Shown: positions 20,684 to 30,846, counted from the stretch's first letter. The stretch is 64,000 bases of DNA from an uncultured delta proteobacterium (GCA_963841435.1 CAWJCS010000002.1:384001-448000), one strand, 5' to 3'. Notes: generated by a model from the sequence alone, not told the origin. Made by a program: numbers and translations.

Positions 20684-22320
20684 GCGTGGTTCAGCTCCGC
20701 ATCACGGGCCCCGACGGACCGGCCGGGCTCGAGATCCATCAGCAGGGGCGAGTGTGGATCGGTCGCGGCGAAGACTGCGCGATCCGGCTCGGATGGCTGA
20801 ACGTATCCCGGCACCACGCCTCTATCGAGCTCTCGGGGGCCGACGTTATCGTCACGGACAACTCGGCCAACGGCTCGCTGGTCAACGGGGTTTGCCTGCG
20901 CGGCAGCTCGCACCGCCTTTCGCACGGTCGTGGAACGGTCTTGATCGGGCCGTATCGCATCGACATCGCGCGAGCGGAGCACGCTTTCCGTTCTTCCCCG
21001 AAGCCCGACGAGCGCTTGCCTTCGCCGCGCGAGGCCGAACCCGGCGCCACGCCGGCGCCAAAACCGAGCGTCGAAGCACGCCGCGCGATCCGCCGCCAGC
21101 TGCTCGAGCACCTCGATCTCGCCGGTGTCGGACGGCAGGCCATCGACCCCGACACGATGCGCCCCAAAGTCGTCGCGGCCCTCCGGCGGATCCTGGCGGA
21201 GTCGCCGGACGTGGTGCCCGCGGGTGAGGCGCGCGAAGCGCTGGTCGGCGAGCTCGCGGACGAGGCGCTGGGGCTCGGTCCACTCGAGCGGCTGCTCGCC
21301 GACGAAGGCATCAGCGAAATCATGGTCGTCGACCCCCACACCATCTTCGTCGAGCGCAAGGGGCGCCTCGAGCTCACGACACTCTCGTTCACCGACCAGG
21401 AAGCGGTGCGCGCCGTGATCGAGCGTATCGTGACGCCTCTCGGACGGCGGATCGACGAGTCGACGCCGCTCGTCGACGCGCGCCTCAGGGATGGATCGCG
21501 CGTGAACGCCGTCATCCCACCGCTCGCTCTGCGCGGCCCGTGCATCACGATCCGGAAGTTTTCCAAGACGCCTCTCGCCATGAGCGACCTCGTCCGACTG
21601 GGGTCGATGTCACCCGAGATGGCGGAATTTCTGGAGCGCTCGGTCAAGGTGAAGAAGAACATCGTGATTTCCGGGGGAACCGGCAGCGGCAAGACCACGC
21701 TGCTCAACGTGCTCTCGGGCGCCATCCCGGCGCGGGAGCGCGTCGTCACCGTGGAGGACGCAGCGGAGCTGAGGCTCATGCAGCCGCACGTCGTGGCTCT
21801 CGAAGCACGGCCGCCGAACCTCGAGGGCAAGGGCGAGTATTCGATCCGCGATTTGGTCAAGAACGCGCTTCGCATGCGGCCCGACCGCATCGTGGTGGGC
21901 GAGTGCCGAGGCGGTGAGGCCATCGACATGTTGCAGGCGATGAACACGGGGCACGACGGCTCGCTCACCACGACCCACGCCAACAGCCCGCGCGAAGCCG
22001 TCGCGCGTATCGAGACCTTGTGCCTGATGGCCGGGCTCGACCTGCCGGTGCGCGCCGTACGCGGGCAGATCGCCGCGAGCGTGCACCTGATCGTGCAGCA
22101 GACACGCTTTTCGGACGGAGCGCGCCGCGTCTCGAGCATCGCCGAGGTCTCGGGCATCGACGACCGCGGCGAGGTGGAGCTCAGGGAAATCTACCGTTTC
22201 GCGATGCGTCGAGCGGACGCCGCCTCGAGCGAGGGCGAGTTCCTCGCCACCGGGTTCTTGCCGACCTTCCTCGACCAATTCGCGGTGCACGGCTTCCTCG
22301 ATACCGGGAGCGCACCGTGA
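20680..22320 (+). CDS. cpaF: CpaF/TadA ATPase with N-terminal FHA domain
   Basis: FHA: IGR...VSRHHA...SANGSLVNG; GGTGSGKTT Walker A; LRMRPDRIVVGECRG; MNTGHDGSLTTTHAN. Confidence 0.95.
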   Translation: MSVVQLRITGPDGPAGLEIHQQGRVWIGRGEDCAIRLGWLNVSRHHASIELSGADVIVTDNSANGSLVNGVCLRGSSHRLSHGRGTVLIGPYRIDIARAEHAFRSSPKPDERLPSPREAEPGATPAPKPSVEARRAIRRQLLEHLDLAGVGRQAIDPDTMRPKVVAALRRILAESPDVVPAGEAREALVGELADEALGLGPLERLLADEGISEIMVVDPHTIFVERKGRLELTTLSFTDQEAVRAVIERIVTPLGRRIDESTPLVDARLRDGSRVNAVIPPLALRGPCITIRKFSKTPLAMSDLVRLGSMSPEMAEFLERSVKVKKNIVISGGTGSGKTTLLNVLSGAIPARERVVTVEDAAELRLMQPHVVALEARPPNLEGKGEYSIRDLVKNALRMRPDRIVVGECRGGEAIDMLQAMNTGHDGSLTTTHANSPREAVARIETLCLMAGLDLPVRAVRGQIAASVHLIVQQTRFSDGARRVSSIAEVSGIDDRGEVELREIYRFAMRRADAASSEGEFLATGFLPTFLDQFAVHGFLDTGSAP

Positions 22321-23177
22321 GCCCGAGCACCTTCTGGCTGGGGCGCGGGGCGCTCGGGGCGGCGTTGTTTGCGCTTTTCATCGCCGGCTGGTCGGAGCTC
22401 GGGCGGCCGGGCGGCTCGCTGCGTGCCCCGCTCGAGCGCTACGCGCGGGCTCTCGATGCCCGCTTGCGCTTTCTGCGGATGACGCCATGCGGACGCGTCA
22501 TCGTGCGGGCCCAGGTGCTCGGCGTCGGGCTGGCGGCGGCGGTACCGTTGCTCGGCGGCCACGCCGTCGTGCTCGGTTTGCTGCCGCTCGTCGTGTTCGG
22601 GCCGAAGGCGTTCGTCGAGCGACGGGCGGCGCGCCGCACCGCAGCCGTCGACGCTCAGCTCGAGCAGTGGCTCGGGGCGGTGGCCAACGCTCTCAAGGCG
22701 AGCCTCTCGCTCGGCGAAGCCATCGCGTTGACGAGCCGCCTCGTCCCGCCGCCGATGAATCAGGAGATAGACCTTTTGGTACGCGAGTACGAGCTCGGCA
22801 CGCCGCTCGACGAGGCGCTGCAGCGCTTCGCGGAGCGCGTTCCCTCGAAAACGGTGGCGGGCGCGGTGCTGGCGTTGAAGGTGGCCCGCAACACGGGCGG
22901 CAATCTGCCCGAGATGCTCGAGAGCGCGGGCGTGGCACTCAGGGAGCTCGCGCGGCTGGAAGGCGTCGTTCGTTCGAAGACCGCGGAAGGCAAGGCGCAG
23001 GCCTGGGTCGTGAGCGCGATCCCCGTACCGCTGGTTCTCGGGATCTCGAGCATCGATCCACACTTCTTCGATCCGCTCTCGCGGACGTTCGTCGGAAGCG
23101 TCGTCATCCTGGCCGCGACGGCGCTTTGGGTGACCGCAATCCTGATGGCGCGCAAGATCCTCGCGGTGGACGTGTGA
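22317..23177 (+). CDS. tadB: TadB inner-membrane platform protein
   Basis: T2SSF-like: ANALKASLSL...ELGTPLDEAL...TGGNLPEML...KTAEGKAQA; GTGA overlap with cpaF. Confidence 0.9.
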   Translation: MSPSTFWLGRGALGAALFALFIAGWSELGRPGGSLRAPLERYARALDARLRFLRMTPCGRVIVRAQVLGVGLAAAVPLLGGHAVVLGLLPLVVFGPKAFVERRAARRTAAVDAQLEQWLGAVANALKASLSLGEAIALTSRLVPPPMNQEIDLLVREYELGTPLDEALQRFAERVPSKTVAGAVLALKVARNTGGNLPEMLESAGVALRELARLEGVVRSKTAEGKAQAWVVSAIPVPLVLGISSIDPHFFDPLSRTFVGSVVILAATALWVTAILMARKILAVDV

Positions 23178-23178
23178 G

Positions 23179-24093
23179 GTGAGCGTGACGATCACGTTGA
23201 CCGAGCTTCGCATCCTGTTCGTGGCCCTCGCCGCCGGCAGCGTCGTTTCGCCCGTCTACCTGCTCGCGCGCAGCCGGCTGCCGCCGCCGCCGCGTTTCGG
23301 CAGGCGCGGGGCCGCACGTGAGCGTGCTCGCCGGACCAGCGCGTCTTTTTCGCTGGCTGACCCGGCGCTGAGGTTCGCGGCCGGCCTGCTCTCCAAGCTG
23401 CCGATCCCCCGGCTCGAAGCGGCGCTCGAGACCGAGCTCCGGCGCGCGGACTACCCGCTCGGCCTCACGGCGCACGAGTACGCGGCCCTCTCTCTGTTCT
23501 CGGCGGTGCTGCTCGGCGGGCTGACACTCGGCCTCGCGCTGACGATGGGAAGCTCGCCCGCGGTCGCCGTGCCCGCGGTGGCCTTCGGCCTGCTCCTGCC
23601 CAAGCTTCAGATCCAGGAAATCACTCGCGCCCGGGTGAAGGAGATCACGCGCGGGCTACCCCACGCGATCGAGATCGCGGCGCTCTGCATGGGGGCCGGA
23701 GCGGACTTTCCGGGCGCTCTTCGCCTGCTCGTGGGCGCCGACGACGACGCGACGCGCGGCGCGCTCAACCGAGAGCTGTCGCTCATCCTCGAGGAGCTCG
23801 AGCTCGGTCACACGCGACGCGAAGCACTGCTCGACTTCGCGGAGCGCGTCCCGACGCCCGCGGTACGCGACTTCGTCAGCGCAGTGATTCAGGCGGAGGA
23901 GAAGGGCAACCCGCTCGCCAAAGTGATCCAGATCCAGGGGCGCATGCTCAACCAGCGTCGCAGCGTCGCAGCCGAAGAAGCCGCTGCTCGCGCCGGGGTG
24001 CTGATGATCGCGCCGCTCATGCTCTTGCTCGTCGCCATCCTCCTCATCTTGATGGGGCCATTCATCGCGACCTCCGGAGGGCTATCACCGTGA
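23179..24093 (+). CDS. tadC: TadC inner-membrane platform protein
   Basis: LPHAIEIAALCMGAG...LGHTRREAL...QAEEKGNPLAKV...AEEAAARAGVLMIAPL. Confidence 0.9.
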   Translation: MSVTITLTELRILFVALAAGSVVSPVYLLARSRLPPPPRFGRRGAARERARRTSASFSLADPALRFAAGLLSKLPIPRLEAALETELRRADYPLGLTAHEYAALSLFSAVLLGGLTLGLALTMGSSPAVAVPAVAFGLLLPKLQIQEITRARVKEITRGLPHAIEIAALCMGAGADFPGALRLLVGADDDATRGALNRELSLILEELELGHTRREALLDFAERVPTPAVRDFVSAVIQAEEKGNPLAKVIQIQGRMLNQRRSVAAEEAAARAGVLMIAPLMLLLVAILLILMGPFIATSGGLSP

Positions 24094-24926
24094 CTCATTG
24101 GGTGGACGTTCACAGGCCGGGCGCCGCCGCCGAGCGGTTCGCCCTCGAAGGTACGCTCGTTTTCATCGTCGAGGATGGCGAGGGTAGGCTCGTGCCGCGC
24201 GACGACGCCTCGGGCCGCCCCGGCATCGAGCTGGTTCCGGGAAGCGCCGGCGTGAAAATCGCGGTGCGACGGGGCTTTCCAGGTCGAGCTCGGGCACACG
24301 GCGCGGAGGTGCAGCAAACGCTGCTCGCCTGGGGCGACGATCTGTTCGTGGACGACGTGCGCCTCGCGTTCCTTCAGCGCGCCAAAGGCGGAAGCCGAGT
24401 GTTCGTGCTCGTCGCGACGGTGCTCGCGGGCGCCACGGTGGTCCTCGGCGCGCTCCGCGAACCGAGCGCGCGCGGTAGAGCGAACGATCCGAAGCCACCC
24501 CCGCTCGCCGCGGCCGAAAAGAGCTGCACTGCGTCCGGCGAGGCCGCGGAAGCCCGCGCGCGCGAAGCCGAACGACGCGCGGACGCCAAGCGCGCGCGCT
24601 ATCCATTCGATCCGAGCGACGGCGTGGAGACGCTCCCCCTGCTCGAGGAGGCCGCCTCGTGCTTCCGCGCGGCGGGTCGCATCGAAGACGCGCGGCGCTC
24701 GCGCGCGGCGCTCGACACGTGGCGCGAGCGCCTCGACGGCGACTACGCCTCGCTCAGGCTCGCTCTGCGCGGTGCGTTGGCGGAAAACCGCAGCAACGCA
24801 GCCCTCGAGGCGGTGCGCGATCTGGAGAGCCTCTTGTCCGGGAGGCGCGACGATCCCTACTTCGAGTGGCTGGAAAGCAAGCGCCGTGAGCTCGAGCGGA
24901 CGCTCGCACGCTCGTCGAAGCGCTAG
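24090..24926 (+). CDS. Membrane protein with degenerate FHA-like N-terminus and helical periplasmic domain
   Basis: GTGA overlap with tadC; beta-rich N-terminus ending LAWGDDLFVDDVRLAF; central TM helix. Confidence 0.65.
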   Translation: MTHWVDVHRPGAAAERFALEGTLVFIVEDGEGRLVPRDDASGRPGIELVPGSAGVKIAVRRGFPGRARAHGAEVQQTLLAWGDDLFVDDVRLAFLQRAKGGSRVFVLVATVLAGATVVLGALREPSARGRANDPKPPPLAAAEKSCTASGEAAEARAREAERRADAKRARYPFDPSDGVETLPLLEEAASCFRAAGRIEDARRSRAALDTWRERLDGDYASLRLALRGALAENRSNAALEAVRDLESLLSGRRDDPYFEWLESKRRELERTLARSSKR

Positions 24927-25029
24927 CGGGAGCGCGGCGCGCGGCGGGCAGCGGGCAGCGGGCAGGGCGCGCTCCGCGAGCTCTGGTTTCGTCGAAGCCT
25001 CGGCGGGTACCGCGCGTCGCGTCTCGCGA

Positions 25030-25180
25030 AACGCCCGCGGGGCGCGTCGTGTGCAGCGCCTTCTGCGGAACGCCCGCGGGGCGCGTCGTGCGCAGCGCCT
25101 TCTGCGGAACGCCCGCGGGGCGCGTCGTGCGGAACGCCTTCTGCGGAACGCCCGCGGGGCGCGTCGTGCGGAACGCCCGC
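25030..25180 (+). repeat. 39-bp tandem repeat (about 3.8 copies) with internal hairpin, REP-like
   Basis: AACGCCCGCGGGGCGCGTCGTG(t/c)G(c/g)A(g/a)CGCCTTCTGCGG units start at 25030, 25069, 25108, 25147; CGCCC-GCG-GGGCG stem; next to RAYT. Confidence 0.85.
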
Positions 25181-25334
25181 AGCGTGCGTCTTGCGCAGCG
25201 CGTCTTGCGCAGCGCGCGCAGCGTGCGGGCGCTCACGCGTTCTCGATGTGGTCCGTGTCTGGGGAGCGTGCGGAGGGGCCGCCGCATGAGTTGCTAAATT
25301 ATAAGAACCAGGGTATCATGTAGCCTTATTCAAG

Positions 25335-26115
25335 TTGGCTCCCGCTCGCCACCGTCGCTACGCAAGCCAACCCCAGCCACGCTCGGGGTCGCGCCAATTA
25401 CTCCTCCCTTTCGAGTCGAGCTGGGGAGGCGCGCGCAAGGGTGCCGGCCGCAAGCCGGGCCCCCACCCGCGCACGCCGCATCGCGCGCGCCCGAAGCACT
25501 ACTTCGGTCACCCCGTGCACGTCACGTTGCGGGCTCGCTTGGGCTCGCTGCGCAGCCAGGCCCTCTTTCCGACGGTGCGCCTCGCCATTTCGCGGGCCAC
25601 ACGCCAGGCGCCGGAGCGCTTTCGCATCATCCACTTCTCGGTGCAGTCCAACCACCTGCACCTGCTCGTCGAGGCTGGCGAGCGGCGCGCCCTCACGGCC
25701 GGCGTGCACGGGCTCGCCATCCGCATCACCCGCTACGTCAACGACCTCTTGATGCGCCGCGGGTCGCTCTGGGCCGACCGGTGGCACGGGCGCGCCCTGA
25801 AAGCACCCCGAGAAGCGCGGAAATGCCCTCGTCTACGTGCTTTCGAATTTTCGGAAGCATGCGTCGCGCTCCGTGCCGGCGGGGGTGGATCCGTGCTCAT
25901 CGGGCGTGTGGTTCCACGGCTGGCACGGTGTCGGTAGAGGGCCCCCGCCGCTTTTCGGGAGAGCGCCGCTCGGACGGCACGGCGAAGAGGTGCCCGTCTC
26001 GCAGCCGCGCACCTGGCTGTTGCGCGAAGGGTTCCTCAAAGCCGGGCGCGTGAGGTTCCACGAGGCCCCGCGAGGCTCCCCTCGCGAAACCCCGAAAGCC
26101 TCCGCTCCGCCCTAA
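25335..26115 (+). mobile_element. REP-associated tyrosine transposase (RAYT, Y1/HUH family); +1 frameshift ~25822
   Basis: WGGARKGAGRKP, PVHVTLR, HFSVQSNHLHLLVEA (HUH); removing one A gives REARNALVYVLSNFRKH with the catalytic Tyr. Confidence 0.85.
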
Positions 26116-26141
26116 GCAGCAATCGGGAAGCAGCAATCGGG
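26114..26141 (+). repeat. 14-bp tandem direct repeat at the RAYT stop codon
   Basis: AAGCAGCAATCGGG twice. Confidence 0.8.
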
Positions 26142-26349
26142 CGCCGGGGCGCAAACGAGGCCGAGGATTTTTTGAGGCGACCGCCGTCCCTCGCCGAAAC
26201 GCCGCCGTGCCGCGCCGTTCCACCGAAGGTCCGGAAATGGGCGGCGTCAAAGGCCCGCCGCTGCGCACCCTGGCGCTGCATGGGGCGCTGCACGGGTAGG
26301 TCACGAGGGCGCCCTCGGCGCGCTGGGCGGCTTTGCGCGGGAAGAAACC

Positions 26350-26375
26350 TGCAACGACGCCGGCGTGGGGCCGAT
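26350..26375 (+). promoter_or_regulatory. Putative sigma-28-like promoter (TGCAACG-N13-GCCGAT) for the TPR-cpaF2 operon
   Basis: TGCAACG 26350-26356, GCCGAT 26370-26375, 8 nt before GTG 26384; spacer one base shorter than the other sites. Confidence 0.6.
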
Positions 26376-26383
26376 GGGAGGGC

Positions 26384-27043
26384 GTGCCTGCGAACGCAAC
26401 CACCCGCTCGCCCCGCGTTCTCCTTGTGGCCACCGCGCTCTTCGCGTGCCTGGTCTGCTCGGCCTGCGGCGCAAGGGGTCCCGAGGATGCCGCCAGCGTG
26501 GGCGCCCACGACGGGGCGCCGAGCGCGACATGGCTCGCCGCGGAAGGCGAGCGGGCGGCGCTCCGCGGCGACACGGTGCGCGCCGAGCAGTACCTCGCCC
26601 TCGCGGTCGAGCGCGGGTACGACGAGCGCCGCGCTCTTCCCCTGCTGCTCTCGGTTTGCATCAGAGGGTCGCGGCTGCGCTCCGCCCTGAACCACGCCGA
26701 GCCCTACCTGCGCGATCACCCCGACGATCAATCGCTCCGCTACCTGGTCGCCACGCTCGACGTGAGCCTCGGCGACGAAGCGGGCGCACGGCGGGAGCTC
26801 GAGGCGCTTTTACGGGGCGACCCTGCCCACGGGGCCGCCCTCTACCTGCTCGGTACCCTGGAGCTCGACCGCGAGCCCGAGCGGGCAGCGGATCTGTTCC
26901 GGAGCTACCTCGAGAAGGAGCCGGACGGTCCGCACGCCGCTGACGTACGCGAACAACTGCGTGACCTCGACCTCGAGCGAGCGCACGCCACGACGCAGCG
27001 AAGCGCGCTCGCGGCGCGGGCAGCCAAGCGGGGCTTCCGATGA
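26384..27043 (+). CDS. TPR lipoprotein, TadD/pilotin-like
   Basis: ALFACLVCSAC lipobox-like signal; TPR helices (ALYLLGTL...AADLFRSYLEKEPDGPHA); start position uncertain. Confidence 0.7.
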   Translation: MPANATTRSPRVLLVATALFACLVCSACGARGPEDAASVGAHDGAPSATWLAAEGERAALRGDTVRAEQYLALAVERGYDERRALPLLLSVCIRGSRLRSALNHAEPYLRDHPDDQSLRYLVATLDVSLGDEAGARRELEALLRGDPAHGAALYLLGTLELDREPERAADLFRSYLEKEPDGPHAADVREQLRDLDLERAHATTQRSALAARAAKRGFR

Positions 27044-28161
27044 TTCCGACGAGCGTGTACTCGTCGTCGATCCGCACGTTCTTGGCGCCCGTTGCCGAGC
27101 TCCTCGACGACGCGAGCGTCACCGAGATTTTGGTGAACGGGCCGGATAGCGTGTTCGTCGAGCGGAAGGGGCGCCTCGCGCGTACGGAGGTACGGTTTCG
27201 CTCCGCGGATCAGTTGCTCTCGGCGCTCAGGGTCGTCGCGCAGTACGTCGGACGCCCGCTCGACGAGCATCACCCCATCCTGGAAGCGCGCCTGCCCGAT
27301 GGTTCGCGCTTGGAAGCGGTGCTCGCGCCCATCGCCTCACCGGGCCCCTCGCTGTCGATTCGCCGTTTCTCCAAGGACAAGCTCACGTTGGAGCGACTTT
27401 TGGAGCACGGTGCGCTCACGTCGGATGCGACCGAGACGCTGCGCGTGCTCATCGAGTGCAAGCAGAACGTCGTCGTCGCCGGGGGCACCGGGTCGGGGAA
27501 GACGTCGCTTTTGAACGCGCTCTCCTCGCTGATTCCACGCGACGAGCGCGTGATCGTGATCGAGGATGCGCGCGAGCTCGCTCTGCAGCGCGAGCACGTC
27601 GTGCAGCTCGAAACCCGCGCGCCGGACGCTCGCGGGCAAAACGCCGTCACCGTCCGGGATCTGTTCAAGGCGTCGCTCAGGATGCGCCCCGATCGCATCG
27701 TGCTCGGCGAGATCCGGGGGGGCGAGGCACTCGACCTCGTCCAGGCGATGACGAGCGGGCATGGCGGCTGTCTGGCCACCGTTCACGCCACATTTCCCAT
27801 CGACACCTTGAACCGGCTCGAGACGCTCGCCCTGATGGGGGGCGTCGATTTGCCGCTGGCCGCGCTGCGGGCGCAGCTCGCGTCCGCGGTCGACATCGTG
27901 GTTCAGACGGCTCGCTTGCGGGACGGACGGCGCATGGTGACGCACGTGACCGAAGTCGTCGGCACGGACCCGGTGCGGGGCTACCGCATCAAGGATCTCT
28001 TCGTGGCCGTGCCAGGCGAAACTGCGTCGGGGGCCAGCGGACCGATGGAGCTCGTTGCGACGGGTGTGCTGCCCGACTGTCTGCCGATGCTCAGAGCCCA
28101 CGGCGCGGATCTGCCGCGAGCGGTGCTCGACCACGCGCGGCGTGCCCGTGACGCTGCTTGA
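27040..28161 (+). CDS. cpaF: Second CpaF/TadA ATPase, no FHA domain
   Basis: GGTGSGKTS Walker A; LRMRPDRIVLGEIRGGE; MTSGHGGCLATVHA. Confidence 0.93.
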   Translation: MIPTSVYSSSIRTFLAPVAELLDDASVTEILVNGPDSVFVERKGRLARTEVRFRSADQLLSALRVVAQYVGRPLDEHHPILEARLPDGSRLEAVLAPIASPGPSLSIRRFSKDKLTLERLLEHGALTSDATETLRVLIECKQNVVVAGGTGSGKTSLLNALSSLIPRDERVIVIEDARELALQREHVVQLETRAPDARGQNAVTVRDLFKASLRMRPDRIVLGEIRGGEALDLVQAMTSGHGGCLATVHATFPIDTLNRLETLALMGGVDLPLAALRAQLASAVDIVVQTARLRDGRRMVTHVTEVVGTDPVRGYRIKDLFVAVPGETASGASGPMELVATGVLPDCLPMLRAHGADLPRAVLDHARRARDAA

Positions 28162-29833
28162 ACGGAGAACCAGGATGCTAGACGATCAGCGAGTATCGAG
28201 GATCTTGGGCATGGAGCTTGCTACTCGTCGCGGCTCGCTCAGGCTCTGGTTTCGCCCCGGCGACGACCGCGCTTTCGTGGTCGGCAACTGTGCCGGCGCC
28301 GACCTGCGCCTGACGAGCGCCAGCGCCGGCGCGGTGGCGTTCCATCTGGAGCGACGAGGTGCGCGAGTCGAGCTCTTTCCCGGCGATGCCTCGCGCGAAA
28401 TCTACGTCGATGCCGGACGCGTGACCCGACCGGTGCTGCTCCGGCAGACCTCGGTCATCGACGTCGGCGAGGATCGAATCGTCGCCACGACTTTCGACGC
28501 GACCGAGCTCGCCCAGACCGTGACGTTTCCGCGCGCAGGTGCCGAGCGCGACCGCGTCACCGCGCCGCAACGCGAGAGCGACCCAACCCGACTCGGCCTG
28601 CCGGCCCCCGAGCTCGCCGGGCCCGTGACCGACGCGCTGCCCACCGTCGCCTATGCGCCGGGCCGAACGCGCGAGCCGGCGCCCTCGCCTGAGCCCCCGC
28701 GCTGGGAACGCACGGAGCCGCTGAACTTCGCCGAGCGCCCGGTCGTGCGGGAGCCGCTGGGACCGACGGGCACGCAGATCGTCAGCGCTGCGGAGCTCAA
28801 CCCACCCAGGGCTCCGGCGCCCGAGCCGCGACCCGACGCGGTCGAGCGAAGCGAAACGCCGGCGCCCCCGACTCCCGCGCCCGAAGCGGACCCGGACGGC
28901 GTCGCTCTCACTCGAAAGCGCGACGCTGCTTCCGAGCCGCCTGCGCCGAAGCAAGCGACGATCGCCGATGAGCCGGCGCAACGCAGCGCACCCTCGGCGG
29001 CCTCGCCGCCGGCTCACGTCGACAAGGCGCCGGAGCGGCGCCGCAAGGACATCGGCCGCGCCACCACGGCGCTCGATGTGCGAGCGCTCGCACCGCCGAT
29101 GGTTGAAAAGGCGCCCGCGCGGCCGGCGACACGGCGCCCGAGCCCAGCTGTCGAGCAGCCCACGCTCGTGTCCCCTCCGGCGCGGGGCGCCGGCTTTTTG
29201 GGCGCGTTAGGGCGCTTCGCGCGGGGGCTCGCCACAGCCGGCAAGCGCTCACCCGCGGAGAATCTGGCGGCGGTCGGACGCGTCGCACGAAAGCGACCGC
29301 TCGTCGTCTTCACGGTTTCGATCATGCTCGCGTGTGGTGGTGCGGTGGCTCTGACGGCGCTGTCGCGACTCGGACCGAGGAGCGCCCCTCGCACGCCGCA
29401 GCCGCCACTTCACTCGCAAGTCGCGCGCCCCGCCGGCGACGCGAGCGCCAGAGCTTCCGGCGCGCTACGCCCCGCGCCGCTCGGCGGCCCGCGCACCGCG
29501 ATCTCCGGGAGCGCACCACCCGCGGCGAGCGAAAGCCCCCCGCCCCCGACCAGCGCCGTCCCCGAGCTCTCGATCCGCGCACCGGCGCCCGCTGCCGAGC
29601 CTTTCGCATCGCCGGCGCCCGCCGGGGCCGATCCGGACGTCGCGGCCGCCATCGACGCGCTCGTCGCTGGTCGCGATGCCGAGGCCCGCCTCGCGTATGC
29701 ACGCCTCGCGTCGCGCCCGGGTGCAAACCCCGCCTACGCCGCGCTCGCCGCGCTGCTCACGCGTGCCGCGGGCGACGTGTGCCAGGGAGCCGCCGCCGAG
29801 GACCACCCGTTCTGCCCGGAGGTGAAGCGATGA
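28148..29833 (+). CDS. Pro-rich membrane protein with degenerate FHA-like N-terminus
   Basis: Beta-rich N-terminus (FVVGNCAGADLRL...IDVGEDRIV), long Pro/Thr-rich region, one TM helix; start uncertain (28148 or 28175). Confidence 0.65.
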   Translation: MTLLERRTRMLDDQRVSRILGMELATRRGSLRLWFRPGDDRAFVVGNCAGADLRLTSASAGAVAFHLERRGARVELFPGDASREIYVDAGRVTRPVLLRQTSVIDVGEDRIVATTFDATELAQTVTFPRAGAERDRVTAPQRESDPTRLGLPAPELAGPVTDALPTVAYAPGRTREPAPSPEPPRWERTEPLNFAERPVVREPLGPTGTQIVSAAELNPPRAPAPEPRPDAVERSETPAPPTPAPEADPDGVALTRKRDAASEPPAPKQATIADEPAQRSAPSAASPPAHVDKAPERRRKDIGRATTALDVRALAPPMVEKAPARPATRRPSPAVEQPTLVSPPARGAGFLGALGRFARGLATAGKRSPAENLAAVGRVARKRPLVVFTVSIMLACGGAVALTALSRLGPRSAPRTPQPPLHSQVARPAGDASARASGALRPAPLGGPRTAISGSAPPAASESPPPPTSAVPELSIRAPAPAAEPFASPAPAGADPDVAAAIDALVAGRDAEARLAYARLASRPGANPAYAALAALLTRAAGDVCQGAAAEDHPFCPEVKR

Positions 29834-30504
29834 GAATGCTGCGTGTGCTCGTGCTGGTTTTGGTCACGACCGCTTGCCACCGCGCGCCACCGCCCGAACG
29901 TCCGCGGTTCGCGGTTGCGGTTCGGCTCACCGTGGACGGCCACGAGCCCTTGCCGGGCGCGATCATCCTCAGGGACGAACAACCCTTCGGCGTCACGGAT
30001 GCGGAGGGTCGCGTGCTCTCGACGATTGGCGCCGTGGAAGGTCAGAACGTCAAGCTCAGGGCCCGCTGCCCCGCAGGGTTCGTCGATGGCAAGGTCGAAG
30101 CGTCCGTGCGGCTCGCGCTGACGAGGCGCGTCGAAAGCCGCGCTCCGGAAGCGCAGAAGGTGGAGCTCACCTGCAAGAAGCTCACCCGCGCCGCGGTGCT
30201 GGTCGTCCGTGCGCCGGGGGGTGGCACCCTACCGGTGCGAGTCAACGGACAGCCGGCCGTTACCACCGACGCGGCCGGCAACGCCCATGTGCTGATGGAA
30301 GTGCGCCGCGACCTTGGAGCCGTCGAGGTCGAGATCGACACGAGCGACAAGAAGCACCTCGTGCCCAGAACCCCGCGTCGGCTCTTTGCGCTCGACGGCA
30401 GGGACGCCGTGCTCGTGCTCGAGCAAAGCTTCTCCGTTCACAACCGACAGAAGGCGCCCGCCACGCCCGCTCCCCAGCGGCACGTCCCCACGAGAATCGA
30501 CTGA
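29830..30504 (+). CDS. Hypothetical lipoprotein with two beta-sandwich-like domains
   Basis: MRMLRVLVLVLVTTAC lipobox; GVTDAEG and TTDAAG repeats; ATGA overlap. Confidence 0.7.
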   Translation: MRMLRVLVLVLVTTACHRAPPPERPRFAVAVRLTVDGHEPLPGAIILRDEQPFGVTDAEGRVLSTIGAVEGQNVKLRARCPAGFVDGKVEASVRLALTRRVESRAPEAQKVELTCKKLTRAAVLVVRAPGGGTLPVRVNGQPAVTTDAAGNAHVLMEVRRDLGAVEVEIDTSDKKHLVPRTPRRLFALDGRDAVLVLEQSFSVHNRQKAPATPAPQRHVPTRID

Positions 30505-30509
30505 GCCGC

Positions 30510-30833
30510 ATGACGGGCTCGGCCAACACCAAGAAAGCGGCTTGCCGGCAACCAACGGGGGACCCGGACTTCGATCCTCCGGCATCGGTAGAAACGTTGC
30601 TCGTTTCCGGAAACCTGATGCCCGACCTCGACGGGCGCGTGCTCGGCGCGCTCGTTCCGTGGGTCTCCGAGCTCACGCACGAGGAGCTCGGCTGGGTGCG
30701 TGCGGTGCTGCTCGCCCAGCTGACGATGGATCCGGAGCTGCGTGGTCTCGTGGCCCGCGTCGCCCGCGCTCGGGAAGCCGCGCCGAGCGACGCTCCGGGT
30801 GGCCCCCTCGCGCCGTCCGGGCGAAGGGAGTAA
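30510..30833 (+). CDS. Small helical hypothetical protein, paralog of the next gene
   Basis: EELGWVRAVLLAQLTMDPELRGLV aligns with the downstream protein; start uncertain. Confidence 0.5.
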   Translation: MTGSANTKKAACRQPTGDPDFDPPASVETLLVSGNLMPDLDGRVLGALVPWVSELTHEELGWVRAVLLAQLTMDPELRGLVARVARAREAAPSDAPGGPLAPSGRRE

Positions 30834-30846
30834 GCTGGATGCCGTC

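Noticed and set aside
25030-25180. 39-bp repeats as a CRISPR array
   Set aside because: Units are contiguous with no unique spacers and no cas genes nearby; the adjacent RAYT explains them better
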